Shown in pieces: positions 19,601 through 34,600 of a DNA stretch of 64,000 bases. Under the pieces are notes generated by a model, which saw only the letters and a list, made by a program, of their open reading frames with translations, was not told the DNA's origin and ran no database searches. Source of the DNA: Nitrosopumilus sp. (lineage in GTDB: Archaea; Thermoproteota; Nitrososphaeria; Nitrososphaerales; Nitrosopumilaceae); assembly GCA_965206745.1 (NCBI GenBank), contig OZ242220.1, forward strand, positions 1,472,001 to 1,536,000, given 5' to 3'. Position 1 is the stretch's first letter, and each line of letters opens with the position of its first letter. Both the position numbers and the translations under genes were made by a program.

Positions 19601-22600
19601 AAAGTCAAATGATACTGTTTGGAGTTCTGTAGGGTTTTCGTTGAAGCCGGTTCGAGTTGTAATTACAGGTGCCCGGTTGTCGTTGTTTACTGTCAGTATG
19701 GCAAACTGTTCATCTGATGTACCAGTGCCGTCTGTATACGTCCATGTAATGTTATAGGTTACAAAGCCCGGATCAGAGTTTACAGTGTCAAATGGGAACG
19801 TGGCTGAAAAGTCACCGGTTGCCCCAATGGCGACAGGCAGTGGAGGGTCACTTGATACAAATGTATAACTGATGGCACCGACTGTCCCATCCTCGGCAGG
19901 GTCGCTGACTGCGATGGAGAGTGACGGGACATCCTGTCCTTCAAGTACAGTCTGTGAGTATGAGACAATTCGGGGCGGATCGTCACCTGACGTGTTTGGA
20001 GTGTCAATTATGTTAAATATGACAGTCTCTGTGTCCAGCTCACCTGCAGCATCAGTCAAGTTAAATGTAAACAGGATTGTGCTGCCGCCGCGAGACTCAT
20101 CTGGAATCCACAGGAATGCCCCATTCTCCAGATGAATCTCTGCATCAGTGGAGACGGTGGCATTGTCCGATACACTCCACCTTGGCAGAGGATCGTTTGT
20201 GTCCTCATCAAAGCCTCGCACGGTAAATGATATTATTTCAAACTCAGAGTATGTCCTGGGGCCCGGAATCGGATCAACTGTTGGCAGTCTGTTGTTGTTC
20301 TCTACAGTTATGGTACTGTACTGCATCGGCGATGTTCCGGTGCCGTCCTCAAATGTCCACTCAATCTCGTAGGTTACAGAACCCTCCAGGGCAGATACCG
20401 TATCAAATGGGAACGTGGCTGAAAAGTCACCGGTTGCCGTATCAAAGGATCCTCTGATGTCATCAGGCAGGTTGTGTGATGTGATATTATATGTGGATAC
20501 AAGGTCTGCCTCTGCTTCCTCAGGGTTGGTGACTGCATCAGATAGTGAAGGGATTGGCGCATCCTCCTGTATCCTTTCTGTATAGGAGGCAAATGTCGGC
20601 ACATTGTTTGGATCTACTGTAAACGTGTGGATTGCAGTGGCAGGGATACCTTCCTCATCAGTTATGCTGAATGTGAATTCGACTCCAGTACCGCCATGCA
20701 CATCACGTGGAGTCCACGAGAATACACCACTCTGAGAAATTGTTGCATCTGTATTGGCATCAGAGTCATTAGAGGATACGCTCCATGTTGGCGGGTCGTC
20801 ATTGGTGTCATCATCCCCGCCTAGCAGGGCAACTGGTACATTTTGACCGACAAAAATCAGTTCAGGTGTACCATCTGGAACCTGGATGGTTGGGAGCTGG
20901 TTGAGGTTCGTTACGTTTAGTGTACCAGGCTGATTCGGTGATGTTGTTCCAGAGCCGTCAGTGAAGGTCCACGCAAACGTAAAGAATTGGAATTCTTGCT
21001 CAAATGATACGGTATCAAATGGAATGACAGGACTAAACGCGCCAGTGTTTTCATTCAGAGTAACTGCAACCATACTCAGATTGCCAATTCCATCTACGAT
21101 GGCATATCTGGGAGGGGTCTCTGAGGATTCATCAAGGTTGTTGACGAAATCAGAGAGGGGAGGAACGGCATCACCTTCTGGCACTGTCTCGGCATACATA
21201 TCAAATGGGGATGTCACAGCATTGACTGTCAGGGTGTAGGTACCTGAAGCAGTATCTACAGTGTTTGTTGCATCGTATTCTATTGTAAATTGCCGCGATA
21301 ATTCTCCGTCAGGTACGACATTATCACTTATAGTACCAGTTATGGCACAGTTCATCTCATCAAATATGAGATCGTCAGGCAGGTTCCTGGGGTCGGTGAT
21401 GGTACAGGTTACGCCGCCTGGACCCGTAGCTCCAAGTGGGATGTCTACTGTCTCACCTTCTGTGCGAGTTGAGGTACCGTTCGGTGCAGTAATTGTTGAA
21501 ACGTCATCTACCAGTATGGTGCCAGGCTGGGATCCAGATGTAGATTCACCAACACTGTATGTCCATTCAAATGGGAATGGTCGTGGTGAGTTTCCGGCAG
21601 TTGTGGCATCATGGGGTACGGTTCCTGCAAATGTTCCATCATCACGGTTTAGCGTTATGCCAGATGGCAGTGCTTCAGTAAGTACGATGTCATATGTTAT
21701 GCCAGGTACCGACTCTACACCAACTATTACACTTGCAAGCGAGGTGGGTATTTGCTGTCCCTCATCGACATCAACAGTGTATGGGCCAGATGTGTCAGGC
21801 AGTTCACTTGCTGCTGCAGACACAATAATTGTGTGCGGTTCAGTGCTAGATCCACCACGACCATCACTTAGCGTAAATGTAAATTCGTTAGGACCTATAT
21901 GCGCTTCTGCAGGAGTCCATGTGAATTCTATGCTTGATCCGGTGGTTGCATTAAGTACTGCACCGGTGGCAGTTGAAGAATCATCTGATAGGGACCATGT
22001 CAAAGTATTGCCATCAGGATCCTCACCGGTCACTACAAATGTGACTGGGTCGCCTACAACAGCTGTGGTATCGGCATCCGGTGGGATGGTTATGATTGGG
22101 TCTCTGACAGGTATAGTAAATTCTATTATCCTAGTGGCTGGAGTAGTAATTATACCATCAGTCACTTGGACTGTCCTATCTGCAAATCCACCTTCATGGA
22201 AATGAGGAGGCGTATATGTAAAGAATCCGGTTCTCGCATCAATTTCTGCACCCTGATCATTGCCGCGTTCTAGACTCCATACCAGTTCCTCATCACCATC
22301 AAGATGCGTAGCGGTGAACTGTATTTCTACGAGGTCACCTACATTGGGTGTAGGATCGAAAGTGTCTGGGGTATTTATTGTCGGTGCCAGGTTGACGTTG
22401 ATTACCTCTATGGAACTAGTCTGAGTTATGTTAGCATTTGGACCGTTGCCGTCGTCATTGTATGTCCACCTGAACTCGAACCGTTCTGGTGAGAGTGCGT
22501 TAGTTGTCGCATTATGGGATACGGTTCCTTCAAATGTTCCATCATCAGGGTTTAGCCTTATTCCAAGTGGCAGTTCGCCAGATTCGTGGGTATATCTTAT

Positions 22601-25600
22601 TATGGGGAATAGCGTATCGTCGGGATCATTAATTGCACCTGAGAGGGAACGTAGTACTGAGTCTCCCTCGCGGACTTGCTCACTGTACGGTGTGTCAGAT
22701 AGGGACGGTGGTGCGTTTGTCTCTGCCACATCAAATGCGATGGTATAGGTGGCTACCTTCTCTCCGGGATCAGTCAGGGTGATTATAAAGTGGACTGTGC
22801 TGCTGCCGTGGGATTCACCTGGTGTCCACGTGAATATGCCATCTTGATCAATCACTGCATTGTTGGTTGCATTTGCCTGTACAGTCCACTCCGGCTCATC
22901 ATCACCTGTATCAGTGTCAGGATCCATGCCCTCAAAGTCAACTGATACCAATTCTCCCTCATCAGGTGTATCATCAACAGCACCTGAAGGACCGTCTATC
23001 ACAGGTGCTCTGTTATAGTTGGTTACAGTGATTGTGCCAGCCCGGACAGGTTCTGGTGTATTGACGCCGTCATCATATGTCCATTGGATGGTGTAGACTC
23101 TGGTAGGGTCTGCATAGGTTGCAGTGTCAAATGGGAATGATGCATCAAATGCGCCAGTTGTCTCATCAAAGGAGCCGCTGACGACAGCAGGTAGTGGAGG
23201 GTCGCTTGATTCTAACGTGTATACGGGGGTGCCAGTTGTCGAATCCTCTACAGGGTCACTTACCGCACTTGAGAGTGGCGGAATTCTGCCGCCTTCAGAT
23301 ACTCCGGCATTATATTCAGATAGGTCTGGTATCTCGTCTATTGTTGGTGTGAGTTCCGTCTCAGATACGGTAAATTCAATCTCTTCAGTGGCTCTTGCGC
23401 CTATAGGATCAGTGAGGGTGATGTTAAATGAGACAGTGTCTCCATCGCCATACTGACCGCCTGGAATCCACAAAAAGTCACCGGTGGCAGGATTGATAAT
23501 TGCGCCGTCATTGTTTGGAGATATGCCCCATATTGGTGCAGCCTCGCCTGTAGTGTCATCAGTATCAGGATCCATACCCTCAAAGTCATATGATACTGCT
23601 TGGAATTGGGCAGGTGTATTGTTGATACCGTTCGGAGGTGTGATTACAGGCTCTCGGTTGTCGTTGTTTACTGTCAGTATGGCAAACATTTGAGGCGGTG
23701 ATGGGTTGGTGTCATCTGTATACGTCCATGTAATGTTATAGTTTACAAAGCCTGGATCAGAGTCTGCAGTGTCAAATGGGAACGTGTCTGAAAAGTCACC
23801 GGTTGCACTATCAATGGTGATACCAGGCAGTGGAGGGTCACTTGATACAAATGTATAACTGATGGTACCGTCTGGAGAATCTTCGGCAGGGTCGCTGACT
23901 ACGATGGAGAGTGACGGTACATCCTGTCCTTCAAGGATTGACTGTGAGTATTGGACAATTCGGGGCGGATCACTTTCTGGCGTGTTTGGAGTGTCAGTTA
24001 TGACAAATGGGACAGTCCTTGTGACCTGCTCATCTGCAGCATCAGTTAAGGTGAATATAACATCTACTGTGCCGGCGTGGGACTCGCCTGGAATCCACAG
24101 GAATGTGCCGTTTTCTGGATGAATCGTTGCATCGACAGTAGCATCAGCAGAGGATACGCTCCACCTTGGCAGAGGATCGTTTGTGTCCTCATCAGAGCCG
24201 CTGGCAATAAATGATATTATTTCAAACTCAGAGTATGTCCTGGGGCCCGGAATCAGGTCAATTGTAGGTGCTCGGTTCTCGTTCTCTACAGTCAGGATGC
24301 CGTGCTGTACAGGAGAGGTTACAGAGTTGTATGTAAGGGTCCACTCAAACTCGTAGGTTGCAGGATCCTCTAGGGCAGATACCGTATCGTATGGAATGAC
24401 ATTTCTAAATGCGCCGGTGTTAGTATTCAGGAGATCTTTGAGGGATTCAGGCAGGGTGCCTTCTCCGATGTCGTAGACTAGTGTGGCGCCTGGTGGAATT
24501 GTATCGGGGTCAACTGCATCAGACAGTGAAGGAATCACGCTATTCTCTGCTACTCTTTCTGTGTAGGAGGTAAATGTCGGTACTACACTTTCAGGCACAG
24601 TTGGAACGTCAGTTACATGTATGGTACTAGTCTGTATTAGAGATTCAGTTGGACCGTCACTGTATCTCCACATGAACGTGAAAGGTTCTGGCGAGTCTTC
24701 GGCAGTTGTCGCATCATGGGATACGGTTCCTACAAATGATCCATCAGGGTTTAGATCTATTCCAAGTGGCAGTTCGCCAGATTCGTGGGTATATGTTATG
24801 GGAGATGTCGGATCGCCTGGATCATCAACTGCATCTGAGAGCGGAAAGTCAATTGTTTGTCCCTCGTTGACGCTAGCAGCGTATCCATTGGTAACTGTAC
24901 CGGGTAATCCGATTATCTCTGCCACATCAAATGTGATGATACGAGTGACTACTTTCTTTCCGGGATCAGTCAGGACGAATGTGAATTCGACTGTGCTACC
25001 ACCGTGAGTATGATCAGTAGGCCACGTGAATGCGCCATTTATCCTATCAATGACTGCATTGTTGGTTGCATTTGCCTGTACGGTCCACTCTGGAGGATCA
25101 TCGCCTGCAACAGTGGCAGTACGGGTATCAGGATCAGAGCCAAACAGGGTAAAGAATACTGTTTGACCCTCCGAAGGGTTTCTGTCAATACCAGAAGTGC
25201 CGTCTATCACAGGTGCTCTGTTATAGTTGGTTACAGTGATTGTGCCAGCCCGGACAGGTTCTGGTGTATTGACGCCGTCATCATATGTCCATTGGATGGT
25301 GTAGACTCTGGTAGGGTCTGCATAGGTTGCAGTGTCAAATGGGAATGATGCATCAAATGCGCCAGTTGTCTCATCAAAGGAGCCGCTGACGACAGCAGGT
25401 AGTGGAGGGTCGCTTGATTCTAACGTGTATACGATGGTGCCAGATGACGATTCCACAGGGTCACTTACCGCACTTGAGAGTGGCGGAATTCTGCCGCCTT
25501 CAGATACTCCGGCATTATATTCAGATAGGTCTGGTATCTCGTCTATTGTTGGTGTGAGTTCCGTCTCAGATACGGTAAATTCAATCTCTTCAGTGGCTCT

Positions 25601-28600
25601 TGCGCCTATAGGATCAGTGAGGGTGATGTTAAATGAGACAGTGTCTCCATCGCCATACTGACCGCCTGGAATCCACAAAAAGTCACCGGTGGCAGGATTG
25701 ATAATTGCGCCGTCATTGTTTGGAGATATGCCCCATATTGGTGCAGCCTCGCCTGTAGTGTCATCAGTATCAGGATCCATACCCTCAAAGTCATATGATA
25801 CTGCTTGGAATTGGGCAGGTGTATTGTTGATACCGTTCGGAGGTGTGATTACAGGCTCTCGGTTGTCGTTGTTTACTGTCAGTATGGCAAACATTTGAGG
25901 CGGTGATGGGTTGGTGTCATCTGTATACGTCCATGTAATGTTATAGTTTACAAAGCCTGGATCAGAGTCTGCAGTGTCAAATGGGAACGTGTCTGAAAAG
26001 TCACCGGTTGCACTATCAATGGTGATACCAGGCAGTGGAGGGTCACTTGATACAAATGTATAACTGATGGTACCGTCTGGAGAATCTTCGGCAGGGTCGC
26101 TGACTACGATGGAGAGTGACGGTACATCCTGTCCTTCAAGGATTGACTGTGAGTATTGGACAATTCGGGGCGGATCACTTTCTGGCGTGTTTGGAGTGTC
26201 AGTTATGACAAATGGGACAGTCCTTGTGACCTGCTCATCTGCAGCATCAGTTAAGGTGAATATAACATCTACTGTGCCGGCGTGGGACTCGCCTGGAATC
26301 CACAGGAATGTGCCGTTTTCTGGATGAATCGTTGCATCGACAGTAGCATCAGCAGAGGATACGCTCCACCTTGGCAGAGGATCGTTTGTGTCCTCATCAG
26401 AGCCGCTGGCAATAAATGATATTATTTCAAACTCAGAGTATGTCCTGGGGCCCGGAATCAGGTCAATTGTAGGTGCTCGGTTCTCGTTCTCTACAGTCAG
26501 GATGCCGTGCTGTACAGGAGAGGTTACAGAGTTGTATGTAAGGGTCCACTCAAACTCGTAGGTTGCAGGATCCTCCAAGGCAGATACCGTATCGTATGGA
26601 ATGACATTTCTAAATGCGCCGGTGTTAGTATTCAGGAGATCTTTGAGGGATTCAGGCAGGGTGCCTTCTCCGATGTCGTAGACTAGTGTGGCGCCTGGTG
26701 GAATTGTATCGGGGTCAACTGCATCAGACAGTGAAGGAATCACGCTATTCTCTGCTACTCTTTCTGTGTAGGAGGTAAATGTCGGTTCGACACTTTGAGG
26801 CGGCTCGGTTCTCTCCTGCACGTCAACTGTGATGATTCGGTCATCCTTGTCCCCTGCAGGATCAGTGAGGGTGAGCTTGAATGAGGCCGTGGTACTGGCA
26901 TGAGTGTCATCAGGGGTCCACGTGAATAGACCGCTTGTCCTGCCAATCTCTGCACCGTCATCATTTGGAGATATGCTCCATGTTGGGGCAGCCTCGCCTG
27001 TAGCAGAATCAGTATCGGGATCATCGCCTGTCATGGTAAATTGCAGGGTATCTCCAGGACTAGGTGAGACAAACGAGGGTGTTGCACCTATCACGGGCTC
27101 TCGGTTGTCGTTGTTTACTCGCAACGAGCCGAATTGTTCCTCTGGTACTGCACCACTGCCGTCTGTATACATCCATGTTATCTCATATCGTATAAAGCCA
27201 GGATCAGAGTCTGTGGTGTTAAATGGGAATGATCCGTCAAAGTCACCGGTGTTCTCATCAAAGTCGACGTCATCAGGCAGGTCCGGGCTGATGTCTAACA
27301 ATTCATAACGGATGGCACCGTCTGGCGGAACCTCTACGGGATCTCGGACCAGTTCTGAGAGACTGGGAATTGGACTGCCTTCCAATACTCCCCTCACGTA
27401 ACGGAATATGGCAGGTTCCTCATTTACGTCTGGCGTGTCATCAACATTAGTTATGGTAAAGTCAAGCGGTACATCGTCTTTGTCACCTACAGGATCAGTG
27501 AGGGTGACGTTAAATGAGACTGTGTCTCCCTCGTCATACTGGTCACCCACAATCCACGTGAATGCCCCACTGGTGGAATTGATGTATGCACCGTCATCAT
27601 TTGGAGATATGCTCCATGTTGGGGGATCATCACCTGTATCAGTATCTTCATCCATACCCTCAAAGTCAAATGATACTGTTTGGAGTTCTGTAGGGTTTTC
27701 GTTGAAGCCGGTTCGAGTTGTAATTACAGGTGCCCGGTTGTCGTTGTTTACTGTCAGTATGGCAAACTGTTCATCTGATGTACCAGTGCCGTCTGTATAC
27801 GTCCATGTAATGTTATAGGTTACAAAGCCCGGATCAGAGTTTACAGTGTCAAATGGGAACGTGGCTGAAAAGTCACCGGTTGCCCCAATGGCGACAGGCA
27901 GTGGAGGGTCACTTGATACAAATGTATAACTGATGGCACCGACTGTCCCATCCTCGGCAGGGTCGCTGACTGCGATGGAGAGTGACGGGACATCCTGTCC
28001 TTCAAGTACAGTCTGTGAGTATGAGACAATTCGGGGCGGATCGTCACCTGACGTGTTTGGAGTGTCAATTATGTTAAATATGACAGTCTCTGTGTCCAGC
28101 TCACCTGCAGCATCAGTCAAGTTAAATGTAAACAGGATTGTGCTGCCGCCGCGAGACTCATCTGGAATCCACAGGAATGCCCCATTCTCCAGATGAATCT
28201 CTGCATCAGTGGAGACGGTGGCATTGTCCGATACACTCCACCTTGGCAGAGGATCGTTTGTGTCCTCATCAAAGCCTCGCACGGTAAATGATATTATTTC
28301 AAACTCAGAGTATGTCCTGGGGCCCGGAATCGGATCAACTGTTGGCAGTCTGTTGTTGTTCTCTACAGTTATGGTACTGTACTGCATCGGCGATGTTCCG
28401 GTGCCGTCCTCAAATGTCCACTCAATCTCGTAGGTTACAGAACCCTCCAGGGCAGATACCGTATCAAATGGGAACGTGGCTGAAAAGTCACCGGTTGCCG
28501 TATCAAAGGATCCTCTGATGTCATCAGGCAGGTTGTGTGATGTGATATTATATGTGGATACAAGGTCTGCCTCTGCTTCCTCAGGGTTGGTGACTGCATC

Positions 28601-31600
28601 AGATAGTGAAGGGATTGGCGCATCCTCCTGTATCCTTTCTGTATAGGAGGCAAATGTCGGCACATTGTTTGGATCTACTGTAAACGTGTGGATTGCAGTG
28701 GCAGGGATACCTTCCTCATCAGTTATGCTGAATGTGAATTCGACTCCAGTACCGCCATGCACATCACGTGGAGTCCACGAGAATACACCACTCTGAGAAA
28801 TTGTTGCATCTGTATTGGCATCAGAGTCATTAGAGGATACGCTCCATGTTGGCGGGTCGTCATTGGTGTCATCATCCCCGCCTAGCAGGGCAACTGGTAC
28901 ATTTTGACCGACAAAAATCAGTTCAGGTGTACCATCTGGAACCTGGATGGTTGGGAGCTGGTTGAGGTTCGTTACGTTTAGTGTACCAGGCTGATTCGGT
29001 GATGTTGTTCCAGAGCCGTCAGTGAAGGTCCACGCAAACGTAAAGAATTGGAATTCTTGCTCAAATGATACGGTATCAAATGGAATGACAGGACTAAACG
29101 CGCCAGTGTTTTCATTCAGAGTAACTGCAACCATACTCAGATTGCCAATTCCATCTACGATGGCATATCTGGGAGGGGTCTCTGAGGATTCATCAAGGTT
29201 GTTGACGAAATCAGAGAGGGGAGGAACGGCATCACCTTCTGGCACTGTCTCGGCATACATATCAAATGGGGATGTCACAGCATTGACTGTCAGGGTGTAG
29301 GTACCTGAAGCAGTATCTACAGTGTTTGTTGCATCGTATTCTATTGTAAATTGCCGCGATAATTCTCCGTCAGGTACGACATTATCACTTATAGTACCAG
29401 TTATGGCACAGTTCATCTCATCAAATATGAGATCGTCAGGCAGGTTCCTGGGGTCGGTGATGGTACAGGTTACGCCGCCTGGGGTTATGATTGTGCCGTC
29501 TGGGGTTGTGATTGTGCCGTCTGGGGTTATGATTGTGCCGCCTGGGGTTATGATTGTGCCGTCTGGGGTTATGATTGTGCCGTCTGGGATTGTGATTGTG
29601 CCGAATTGGGTTGTGATTGTGCCGAATTGGGTTGTGATTGTGCCGTCTGGGGTGACGGATACGCCGCCTAGGGTTATGATTGTGCCCTCTGTGGTTATGA
29701 TTGTGCCGCCTGGGGTTATTCTTATGCCGTCTGGGGTTATGATTGTGCCGTCTGGGATTGTGATTGTGCCGGCTAGGGTTATTCTTGTGCCGTCTGGGGT
29801 TGTGATTGTGCCGTCTGGGGTTATGATTGTGCCGTCTGGGGTTCTGATTGTGCTGCCTGGGGTTGTGATTGTGCCGCCTGGGGTTATGATTGTGCCGCCT
29901 GGGGTTGTGATTGTGCCGTCTGGGGTTGTGATTGTGCCGTCTGGGGTTGTGATTGTGCCGTCTGGGGTTGTGATTGTGCCGTCTGGGCCCGTAGCTCCAA
30001 GTGGGATGTCTACTGTCTCACCTTCTCTGTGAGTTGAGGAGCCGTCAGGTGCAACAACTATTTGAACGTCAGTTACCGTTATGGTACCGGTCTGGGAAAT
30101 AGATTCGACATCATCAGTGTATCTCCACATGAACTCGAAAGGTTCTGGCGAGTCTCCGGCAGTTGTGGCATCATGTGATACGGTTCCTTCAAATGTTCCA
30201 TCAGGGTTCAGCGTTATTCCGTCTGGCAGTGGTTGGCCAAGTACGCGGGCATATGTTATCTCAGATGGCGGATCGTCGGGATCATCAACTACATCTGCAA
30301 GGGAGGTGGGTATTGAGTCTCCCTCGTTGACATCAACGGTATATGGAGTGGCAGGTATGGGCGCCTGCGTGTTTGTCTCTGCGACCTCAAATAGGACGGT
30401 CCTAGTGTCCAGGTCTCCGGGAGGATCAGTGTAGGTGATTGTGAATGCGACTGTACTGCCGCCGTGGGATTCATCGGGTGTCCACGTGAATATTCCGTTG
30501 ACTGGGTTGATTGTCGCATCGGTGGTGGCATTGGCCTGTACTGCCCATACGGGATCTGCATCGGTGACGTCGTCATCCGTACCGTTAAAGTTAATCCTCA
30601 TTGCTTGGTGCTCTAAAGGTGTCGTGTCAATGACATCCAAATAGTCATCAGATATCATTGGACGCTGGTTGTAGTTGGTTACTGTGATTGTACCATCCTG
30701 AGTTAGAGATTCGCCTCTAGTACTGCCATCCTCATATGTCCATTGGATGTCATAGGTTCGGGTAGGCTCCCGATGGCTTGCAGTGGTAAATGGGAACGGA
30801 TCATCAAATGCGCCAGTTGTCTGGTCAAAGGAGCCTCTGACGTCATCAGGCAGGTTGCTTGATACGATTCTATATACAATGTCATCATCCGTAGAAGTCT
30901 CTGCAGGGTCACTTATTGCACTTGAGAGGGACGGAATCCTTTGGCCTTCTGGTATTCCGACATTGTAATCAAACGTATCATATTCGTCGTTTGTTGGTGT
31001 GAGTGCCGTCTCAGATACGACAAAGTCAATCTTTTCAGTGTCCCTTGCGCCTGCAGGATCAGTGAGGGTGACGTTAAATGAGACAGCTCCAATGTGCTCC
31101 TGGCCTGGAATCCACAGGAATTCACCGGTGGCAGGATCAATAATTGCGCCGTCATCATTTGGAGATATGCCCCATATTGGTGCAGCCTCGCCTGTAGTGT
31201 CATCAGTATCTTCATCCATACCCTCAAAGGTAAATTCTACTGCTTGGAATTGGGCAGGTGTATCGGCGATACCGTTCGGAGTTGTGATTACAGGTGCTCG
31301 GTTGAAGTTGTTTACTGTAATTGTGTCAGTCTGCTCATATGGTGATTCATCACTGCCGTCTGTATACGTCCATGTAATGTCATATTGTACAAAGCCAGGA
31401 TCAGAGCCTGTGGTGTTGAATGGGAACGTGGCTGAAAAGTCACCGGTTGCTGGAACAAAGGATTCTGCAATGTCTTCAGGCAGGGTGGTGCCGCTTGGTA
31501 CCAATGCATAACTGATGGCACCAACTACCGAATCCTCGGCAGGATCACTGACTGTGATGGAGAGTGACGGGACATCCTGTCCTTCAAGGATTGACTGTGA

Positions 31601-34600
31601 GTATGCGACAATTTGTGGCCGATCGTCTCCTGGCGTGGGTTCAGTATCAGTTATGGTAAATATGATAGGCTCTGTGGTGGCCGGTGCACCTGCAGCATCA
31701 GTTAAGGTGAATGTGAAATCTACCTCGGTGCCGCCGTACCCAGCACTGGGAATCCACAGGAATGTGCCATTTTCTGGATGAATCGTCGCATCCGCATTGG
31801 CAGTAGCATCACTAGATGATACGCTCCACCTTGGCAGAGGATCGTTTGTGTCCTCATCAGAGCCGCTTGCGACAAATGATATTATTTCAAACTCAGAGTA
31901 TGTCCTGGGACCCGGAATCAGATCAATTGTAGGTGCCCGGTTGTCGTTGTCTACAGTTAACGTACTGTACTGTATATCAGATACTCCGGTGCCGTCCTGG
32001 AATGTCCACTCAAACTCGTAGGTTGCAGGATCTTGTATGGCAGATACCGTATCACGTGGAATGGTACTTGTAAATGCGCCGGTGGTAGGATTCAGGCGAT
32101 CTCTGAGGGATTCGGGCAGGGTGCTGCCCTCTAGGATGACATAGTTGGATATGGCGTCTGGTGTTGGCAGCTCCGCAGGGTTGTCAACTACATTGTTTAG
32201 TGAAGGAATCTCATCACCCTCTGTCACTCTTGCTGCGTAGGAGGTAAATGTTGGCGGGGTGTTGCTGTGGGATACAGTTATTGTGCCGTCCTGCACATCC
32301 GGATCTCCTGGAGAGCCGTCATCAAATGTCCATTGGAATGTATAGCGGGCAGGAGGGTCTCCGGCAGCTACCGTATCAAATGGAACAGGGTCTGTAAAGT
32401 TACCATTGGTTTCATCCAGGGAAAGTCTGATGTCGTCAGGCAGGTTGCCAATGTCTGGTACGATGGCATATACGGATCTTTGGTCTAAAGCCTCATCAGG
32501 GTCTGTAACCACAGTGGACAGGGAATCAAGGATATCACCTTCTGATACTGTCTGCGTGTATTCGGTGAATGTAGGTGGTTCGTTTTCTTCTGTTAGAGCT
32601 TGTACATCGAATGGGACGTCTAGAGTGGTCCTATTAACTGTATCATCCAGACTTAATGTGAATGTAACTCTGGTGCCGCCATGAATCTCAGCTGGAGTCC
32701 ACGTGAATATGCCATCTTGATCAATCGTTGCATTTGCATTGGCAGTAATGTCAACAGATGATACGTCCCATGTTGGCAGAGGATCGTTTGTGTCAAGATC
32801 CCTACCCTCAAAGTCAATTGATATTGTTTCCGATTCAAAAGGTGCTAGATTGGCAGTATCTGGAATGGGATCAATTTCAGGTGCTCGGTTGACGTTGTTT
32901 ACTGTAATTGTGCCTTGTCGGTCATATTCATCAAAGCTATCTGTATATATCCATGTAAAGCGGACTGTTCGAGGGTCTGTTGAAATATCCACACGGTTAA
33001 AGTCAAACTTGCCGTCCGGACCAAACTCACCGGTGTTTTCATTCAGAGATCTTCCGATGGATCCAGAGAGGCCACTTGTGATCTCGTATGTACCGTCTGG
33101 ATCTGGTGTCCCATCAGGGTCGATAACAAAGTCAGAGAGGCTTGGGAATCCCTCATTCTCATCTACTGTAGCGACATAGTCAGTAACTGTTGATTCTGAG
33201 TTTGTCTCTACCACATTAAATGCGATGGTATAAGTTGCTACCTTCTCTCCGGGATCAGTCAGGGTGATTATAAATTGGACTGTGCTGCTGCCGTGGGATT
33301 CACCGGGAGTCCATGTGAATGCGCCAGTTGTCCTATCAATGACTGCATTGGTGGTTGCATTTGCCTGTACGGTCCACTCTGGAGGATCATCGCCTGCAAC
33401 AGTGGCAGTACGGGTATCAGGATCAGAGCCATCCATGGTAAAGGATACTGCTTGGTGCTCATCAGGTGTATCATCAACGGCACCCAAAGGACCGTCTATC
33501 ACAGGTGCTCTGTTATAGTTGGTTACAGTGATTGTGCCAGCCCGGACAGGTTCTGGTGTATTGACGCCGTCACTATACCTCCATTGGATGGTGTAGATTC
33601 TGGTCGGGTCTGCATAGGTTGCAGTGTCAAATGGGAATGACTCGTCAAATGCGCCAGTTGTCTCATCAAAGGATTCCATGACGTTATCAGGCAGTGGAGG
33701 GACGCTTGATTCTAACGTGTATACGATGGTGCCAGATGACGATTCCACAGGGTCACTTACTGCACTTGAGAGTGGCGGAATCCTGCCGCCTTCAGATACT
33801 CCGGCATTATATTCAGATAGGTCTGGTATCTCGTCTATTGTTGGTGTGAGTTCCGTCTCAGATACGACAAAGTCAATCCTTACAGAGTCTTTTTCACCTA
33901 CAAAGTCAGTGAGGGTGACGTTAAATGAGACCATATCTCCCTCATCATACTGGCCACCTGGAATCCACAGGAATTGGCCGGTGGCAGGATTAATAATTGC
34001 AGGATTAATGATTGCAGCGTCATCGTTTGGAGATACGCTCCATGTTGGTGAATCATCACCTGGAACAGTAGCAGTACGAGTATCAGGATCCGTACCCTCA
34101 AAGTCAAATGATACCAGTTCGAATTCTGCGGGGTTGGTGTTGGTGACGGTTCGAGTTGTAATTACAGGCGCCCGGTTGTCGTTGCTTACTGTAATTGTGC
34201 CGAACTGATCAAGTGATGTACCAGTGTCGTCTGTATACGTCCATGTAAAGGCAAATGTCTCAGGACCATTAGTGGCATTGAGGTGATCAAATGGGAATGA
34301 CCCGGTAAATGCGCCGGTTGCCTCATCAAAGGTGATGTCATCAGGCAGGACAAGGTTGTCATCTAGGGCATATCTGATGGCAGTATCTATATCATCCTCG
34401 GCAGGGTCGCTGACTGCGATGGAAAGCGGTGGGATAGCCTGTCCTTCAAGGATTGACTGTGAGTATGAGGCAAAGTCTGGAGGATCGTCTCCCGGCGTGG
34501 GTTCAGTGGCAGTTATGACAAATGGGACAGTCTCTGTGACCTGCTCACCTGCAGCATCAATCAGGGTAAATGTAAAGTCTACTGTGCTGCCGCCGTGGGA

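Noticed and set aside
29483-29986. Possible CRISPR array
   Set aside because: The units are directly adjacent 21-mers with no unique spacers, they are in frame in a CDS, and no cas genes are present.
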